Of a DNA stretch of 64,000 nt, positions 56,995-64,000 are shown piece by piece (within the stretch, counting starts at the first letter, position 1; every line of letters begins with the position of its first letter). The notes below the pieces were generated by a model. It was not told the DNA's origin. It saw only the letters and a list, made by a program, of their open reading frames with translations, and did no database searches. Origin of the DNA: Octopus vulgaris (lineage: Eukaryota); the NCBI GenBank assembly GCA_951406725.2, contig OX597833.1:1550001-1614000 (forward strand), given 5' to 3'. A program made the position numbers and the translations under genes.

Positions 56995-57480
56995 CATATA
57001 TACGACAGGCTTCTTTCAGTTTCCGTCTACCAAATCCACTCACAAGGCATTGGTCGGCCCGGGGCTATAGCAGAAGACACTTGCCCAAGATGCCACGCAG
57101 TGGGACTGAACCCGGAACCATGTGGTTGGTTAGCAAGCTACTTACCACACAGCCACTCCTGCGCCTATGTATAGTATTTTTTTTTTAAGCTGTCCCAGTT
57201 TAGGAGTAGATTCTTCTTTTCCGTCGGCGACAAACGAACCATTGTCTTTTTTGTTCGATGTGATTATAGAGAGCCAACTTTCCATTACATGTGCAGGAAT
57301 GATCCGATAGCAAATCTAAGGCGTTGAGCAGATGGCATTCTTTTTATTAACTGAGAAAAGCAATCAGATGATGAGGAACCCACTGACCAAGTTTAGACAT
57401 ATTTTCTAGTTCACGAAGGCGTTTTAAAGATCGAAGTGTGACTTGGATTGAAATAGTTTGCTTATCTTCTGCAGGAGTGG
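56229..57480 (-). mobile_element. Degenerate mariner transposon interrupted by SINEs
   Basis: Minus SKLGQWVPHHL, TCNGKLALYN, DNASSH and YSLNLAPSDYHLFRS match the mariner WVPHEL / TxDEKW / DNAxPH / YSPDLAPSDYHLF motifs; TIR-like TATTAGGTTGG at 56229. Confidence 0.88.
56738..57165 (-). mobile_element. SINE A, full length
   Basis: Matches the other family A copies. Confidence 0.95.
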
Positions 57481-57489
57481 CTGTGTATA

Positions 57490-57899
57490 GGCGCAGGAGT
57501 GGCTGTGTGGTAAGTAGCTTGCTAACAAGCCACATGGTTCCGGGTTCAGTCCCACTGCGTAGCATCTTGGGCAAGTGTCTTCTGCTATAGCCCCGAGCCG
57601 ACCAATGCCTTGTGAGTGGATTTGGTAAACGGAAACTGAAAGAAGTCTGTCGTATATATGTATATATATATATAAGTGTGTGTGTATATGTTTGTGTGTC
57701 TGTGTTTGTCCCTCTAGCATTGCTTAACAACCGATGCTGGTGTGTTTATGTCTCCGTCACTTAGCGGTTCGGCAAAAGAGACCGATAGAATAAGTACTGG
57801 GCTTACAAAGAATAAGTCCCGTGGTCGATTTGCTCGACTAAAGGCGGTGCTCCAGCATGGCCGCAGTCAAATGACTGAAACAAGTAAAAGAGTAAAAGT
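57490..57899 (+). mobile_element. SINE A, full length
   Basis: Matches the other family A copies. Confidence 0.95.
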
Positions 57900-58166
57900 A
57901 TGCTTTGAGGATTGATCAACTACTACATCAGAATCTCAATAAGGACTAAAAATCATCATCGTTCAGATTTTCGAGAGAAAGTTCCCAGGGCGGTGGCCCC
58001 AAACCATCGTTGGCGTGAAGAGACTAATAAAACTTAATTTCCACAAACATCCATGGCTAAAGAGACCCTTGAAATGTATACAGCTAGCAATATCTGACAT
58101 GGGTCTGACCTAAACCCTTTTCAAGCTATTAAATCGACACGAATTGAAACATATTGCTATAGGCAT

Positions 58167-58594
58167 TACTCTTTTACACTTTTACTTGTTTCAGTCATTT
58201 GACTGCGGCCATGCTGGAGCACCGCCTTTTAGTCGAGCAAATCGACCCCAGGACTTATTCTTTGTAAGCCCAGTACTTATTCTATCGGTCTCTTTTGCCG
58301 AACCGCTAAGTAACGGGGACGTAAACACCCCAGCATCGGTTGTCAAGCAATGCTAGGGGGACAAACACACACACACACAAACACATACACACATACACAC
58401 ACATATATATATATATATATATACATATATACGACAGGCTTCTTTCAGTTTCCGTCTACCAAATCCACTCACAAGGCATTGGTCGGCCCGGGGCTATAGC
58501 AGAAGACACTTGCCCAAGATGCCATGCAGTGGGACTGAACCCGGAACCATGTGGCTGGTAAGCAAGCTACTTACCACACAGCCACTCCTGCGCC
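58167..58594 (-). mobile_element. SINE A, full length
   Basis: Matches the other family A copies. Confidence 0.95.
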
Positions 58595-58660
58595 TAAGGA
58601 AGAAAAATACATTACCACGTTAAAACTTATGCATATATTACAGTAAGTATTAAAATATAT

Positions 58661-59169
58661 GTGGAGGCGCGTGGCTTAGTGGTTAGGGTGTCAACACCAT
58701 GATCGTAAGATTGTGGTTTCGATTCCTGGACCGGGTAACGCGTTGAGTTCTTGAGCAAAACACTTCATTTCACGTTGCTCCAGTCCACTCAGCTGGCAAA
58801 AATGAGTAACGCTGCGATGGATTGGCGTCCCGTCCAGCTGGGGAACACATACGCCATTGAAACCGGGAAACAGGGCCCATGAGCCTGGCTAGGCTTTAAA
58901 AGGGTGCAAGTGGAGGTGCGTGGCTTAGTAGTTAGGGTGTCAGCACCATGATCGTAAGATTGTGGTTTCGATTCCTGGACCGGGCGACGCGTTGTGTTCT
59001 TGAGCAAAACACTTCATTTCACGTTGCTCCAGTCCGCTCAGTTGGCAAAAACGAGTAACGCTTTGATGGACTGGCGTCCCGTCCAGCTGGGGAACACATA
59101 CGCCATTAAAACCGGGAAACCGGACCCGTGAGCCTGGCTAGGCTTTAGCAGGGCGTATTTATTTTATTT
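58661..59169 (+). mobile_element. SINE family C head-to-tail dimer with TSD
   Basis: Units start at 58661 and 58910 (GGAGGCGCGTGGCTTAGTGGTTAGGG...GGTTTCGATTCC); TATTAAAATA at 58648-58657 and 59170-59179. Confidence 0.92.
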
Positions 59170-59599
59170 TATTAAAATAATGAGATGGGCCTTAATTTTC
59201 TAACCTAAGTATGTATGTGTGTGTGAGTGGGTGTGGAGGGAAGGTGCACTCTACAAAAATATAGGCTCCTGGACCTAACAAAATAAACGGTCCTCAAGTT
59301 CATATGTTCGAACGTACTCTTAGTCTAAGAGAGTGAATTGATGAGCAAGAACTACGTCATCTAGAATATATTTGGCATCATGGGAATATAGGATGCGATA
59401 ATTATTCTACAGCTCTCGGGACTCAAGAATTCTTCTGTGAATTCCACCTCTAAACAGCAGACGTATTAGGTGATTGAGTTTTCAGTTTCCTTTGATTCAC
59501 ACGTTTATAAGTTTCTCTTTTTTTTTTCTACTGTTAAATTTATTTTGCGATGTATTCATGGCAAAAGAAAACAAGAGAAGCAGAGAAATACACCTAGAC

Positions 59600-59767
59600 A
59601 AATACACACACACACAGACATACACACATACACACACACACACACCCACACACAAATGCGCACAGACATATACACACACACACACAGATGCGCACAGACA
59701 CACACACACACACACACACACACAAATGCGCACAGACATACACACACACACACACAAATGCGCACAG

Positions 59768-59798
<31 letters not shown>

Positions 59799-59845
59799 TG
59801 TGCACAGACATATACACACACACACGCATACACACACACACGCTC
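59600..59845. repeat. Minisatellite: AAATGCGCACAGACA plus (CA)n, five units
   Basis: Directly visible. Confidence 0.9.
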
Positions 59846-59992
59846 GCGCAAAATAACTAACAATAAAAGTACTTCTCTGATATTTTTCTAAAATATTCTC
59901 TTTTTTTTTTCTATCTACACGCATAAATTTATTATCATTAACATCGTTATTACTCTTACTACAACAAAAACTGCGAAAAAAACAACAACAAT

Positions 59993-60034
<42 letters not shown>

Positions 60035-60153
60035 ACCACCACCACTATCACCACCATTGCTTCCGGTCTAATTTGCGTTTATATTTATTGATCGTTTTCT
60101 TTAATGTTTAATATAGTTACTTCTGTACATACGTGTGTCTGTGTATATGTATG

Positions 60154-60197
<44 letters not shown>

Positions 60198-60289
60198 TTG
60201 AATACGAATGGTTGTATATGTACATGCGTCTTTGTGGAGACACATGCACTCACAAAGACGCGTGTACATATACAAGCATTCGTATTCAA

Positions 60290-60341
<52 letters not shown>

Positions 60342-60826
60342 CATACATACATATACACAGACACACGTATGTTTATATATATATATACACATATATATAC
60401 ATACATATACACAGACACACGTATGTTTATATATATATACACACCAATATATATATGTATATATATATATACATACATTTATATATATGTATATATACAT
60501 ACACACAAATATATATATATATATATATATACATATATATGCATATACATGTTTGTATATACATACATATATATATGGATTATATATGTACATATATACA
60601 CATATATATGCATATATACAAATACACACACACACACGCACACATATATATATATACATATATATATATTCATGCAATGTAGAGGGCAATGGAACTCTAT
60701 TGCAAAAACTCTAATCACTTTACATGCTTTGCTGCTGTCAATGTGCGTGTCTGTATGTAGATATAAATACATGGATAATACATACATACATACATATATA
60801 CATATACACACAAATACACACACACA

Positions 60827-60876
<50 letters not shown>

Positions 60877-61269
60877 TATTTATAAATATATATGTATGTA
60901 TGTCTACACACTGACACACATGCATATACATGGATATATGTAAATGTGTATATATATGTGTATATATATATATATTGTACATCTTCTACATACAAAGCAA
61001 TGAGTGTATTAATATCTAAATTAGTATGTCTATATATATATGTATGATACATACATGTGTGTGTGTGTGTGTATGCGTATGGCTTAACCAGCCGAAACAT
61101 CGAAGTAAATATCATGTATTAGAGTTATATGCAGGCGCCCCCACGGCCTTGGTTCTTCCTATTTTCAACAATGTAGGAAATATGACACCAGGGAGAAGCG
61201 GGCTACTACATAGGATGCGGTGTAATACCAGGAGGATGAAATAGAAAAATTGTGAACGAGCTTTGGAGC

Positions 61270-61960
61270 TGGTGTCTCACGGCGCATGAACTAAATGAAA
61301 TGTCTCTAAGAGGAAGCTCACATGGACTGACCCGTGGAGGCTAGAAAATGTTCGCATATCCTTCCTGTACGACACACTCCCGACGCCAACAAGCCTGCAC
61401 AGATGGTTAGGCTAGCTGTGTAGACTTTCTGGAGCAAGGGGTACTCTGGCACGCATCTTGAAAGGATGCAAAACAGCACTTCTCACGGCAGATATAAATG
61501 ATGCCATGATAGGGTGCTTGAAACACTTACTCACACCCTGGAGTAAGAAAGGGGCAACAAAACCATAGGGTATGAAATTCGACGTAGGGGAGATATTGCA
61601 GTTTCTCCATGTTGTCCATACAATCCAGATGTGGTCTTGTGGTATGAAAAAGCCAATAGAATTACCGTAATTGAACTGACAGTCCCATTGGATGAGGGGT
61701 GTGATAGGACTCAAGAACGGAGGCGTGCCAGTTATGAGAGCCTTCTGCAGGATTACAAGGGGAACGGATGGCAGATGTCGCTTTTCCCAGTCGAGGTTGG
61801 CTGCACGAGATTCTCTGCTCAGACGGCATGAAGGATGCTTACAGCAATAAGAATGGGTGGTGGAAGAAGTTAAGGGTGGTTGTGCACAGGATGGGAGAGG
61901 CAGCTTAAACAGCCTCTTGTCAGCTTTGGAGTAAGAGAGAAGAGTTAAGCTGGAAGCTAG
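61270..61960 (+). mobile_element. Hero-like non-LTR retrotransposon 3' remnant (CCHC plus restriction-like endonuclease)
   Basis: YDTLPTPTSLHRW, GTLARILKGCKTAL, HDRVL, PDVVLW...VIELTVP.DEG...ERRRASYE...GW...FPVEVGC. Confidence 0.85.
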
Positions 61961-62114
61961 GAGGAGAAGAGGAGCAGTGACTTGGCCGATATGTGTGTGT
62001 GCAGCTCTGTACGCATGTACATGGGTATGTACGAGTAAATGAATACATGTATACGTATATAAATGTATATATATATGTATGTATGTACGAGTATAAATAA
62101 ATAAATATATATAT

Positions 62115-62385
62115 ATATTCTTTTCCTTTTTTTACTTGTTTTAGTCATTTGACTGGAGCCATGCTGGGGCACCGCCTTAGTCGAAGAAATCGACCCCAGG
62201 CCTTGTTCTTTGTAAGCCCAGTACTTATTCTATCGGTCTCTTTTACCAAACTGCTAAGTTACCGGGTCATATAGCCCGAGGCAATAGTAGAATACAGTTG
62301 CCGAAGGTGCCACGCAGTGGGACTGAACCCTTGACCATGTGGGTTGAGAAGCAAGCTTCTTACCACACAACCACTCCCGCGCCGC
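62115..62385 (-). mobile_element. SINE A with central deletion
   Basis: Tail and head are joined without the microsatellite middle. Confidence 0.85.
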
Positions 62386-62399
62386 GTCTGTCCCGTTTT

Positions 62400-62517
<118 letters not shown>

Positions 62518-63195
62518 GAGATGAGGGCAATGGAAGCGCATTGCAAAAACTCTAATCAATTAACGCGCTTTTCTGTTATCAATGTTCGTTTCTGTGTGTA
62601 GATACACACACACATATATATATACACATGTATAGAGACATTAATATGTAGACATGAATGTCTGCCTATCTTGTGGTCCGCACCGCTGCTTCAAAACCCT
62701 GTTAGTTGGTTTACGTCGAAGTAACTATCAGGTCGGCATATGCGACCAATTCAATAAGTACCAATATTAAATCTTCAATAGATGCTGATATCGATTCCTG
62801 CGACTGAAGCCCTTAACCAGTCCAATGACTTACACGAAATACAAGGATATAAGCTAACCTATCTTAAAGCAAATACACCCACACACCCACATATATCTAT
62901 ATATATACACATACATATATACACATATACATACATATATACATATACACATATATATATATATATATATTTGTTTGTGTTTGCGTGTGTATGAGTTTGT
63001 GTCTGTAGGTGTATATATTAAATTTAGGTTTCTCAGTCTATTTATATACATGTCTATATATTTATAATTTTTATACACACACTCACGTAACTCAATATTT
63101 TATGTTTGTATGTACGTACATACGCATGCAAATACTTATGTATATATCTATCGTCTACCTTTGTCTCTCTAAATATATATATACATTATATATAT

Positions 63196-63277
<82 letters not shown>

Positions 63278-63359
63278 CATACATACACACACACACACAT
63301 ATATATATATACATACATTCATACACACACACACACACATATATATATATACATACATT

Positions 63360-63409
<50 letters not shown>

Positions 63410-63869
63410 TACACGCATACATGCACATATATATAGGCATTCTTTTGAAGCAATACAAATATGAAAGGTTTTTCTTTGATCGTTTGTGTGTGTATATGTA
63501 TAAATACATACATACATACACACAAACATATATATATATATATAATATATATATATATATTATGTATATATATATATGTATATATATATATATGGATGAA
63601 TATGATTATATATATAGATTTCTGCTATATCAATAATTTTATACACTTTTATATAAAGCCTCACTTTCATTTCAATATGGATTTATGAGACTTTTTCAAT
63701 AAAATATATGTTTCTTGGGAAATAACGAGCTGTTTCACAGATATAATTGGTAAACTGCAATTTTTTTCACGTACATCATTTTTTTGGTATACGCATATGT
63801 ACAGTACATACACACTCACACATATACATACAAATATTTACTACTTTATCTATTCCCATATACATACAT

Positions 63870-63918
<49 letters not shown>

Positions 63919-64000
63919 AATATAGATCATTTATGTGTGTATACTTATATATATATATATATATATATACATAAATATAGATCATTTATGTGTGTATATG

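Overview
AT-rich, extremely microsatellite-dense animal DNA. Its SINE repertoire points to an octopus (genus Octopus; inferred from recalled repeat families, not from a search). I find no intact protein-coding gene, and nearly all listed ORFs are translations of (TA)n, (CA)n or (GAT)n tracts. The window holds about 35 tRNA-derived SINE copies in four head types with interchangeable tails. It also holds remnants of Tx1/L1, CR1, R4/Dong and Hero LINEs, a mariner and Helitrons. Two less obvious layers stand out. First, at least 8 canonical-core and about 8 variant-core type I hammerhead ribozyme motifs, mostly with palindromic stem III, sit in several unrelated non-coding elements beside (TA)n/(CA)n tracts, in tandem or inverted arrangements typical of Penelope-like pseudo-LTRs; one palindrome carries a hammerhead on each strand. 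Second, a heavily decayed, apparently intronless Toll-like receptor pseudogene (LRR-TM-TIR) lies on the minus strand at about 13.7-17.2 kb. Several scrambled duplications next to (TA)n look like assembly artefacts. Coordinates were read by eye and may be off by a few bases.
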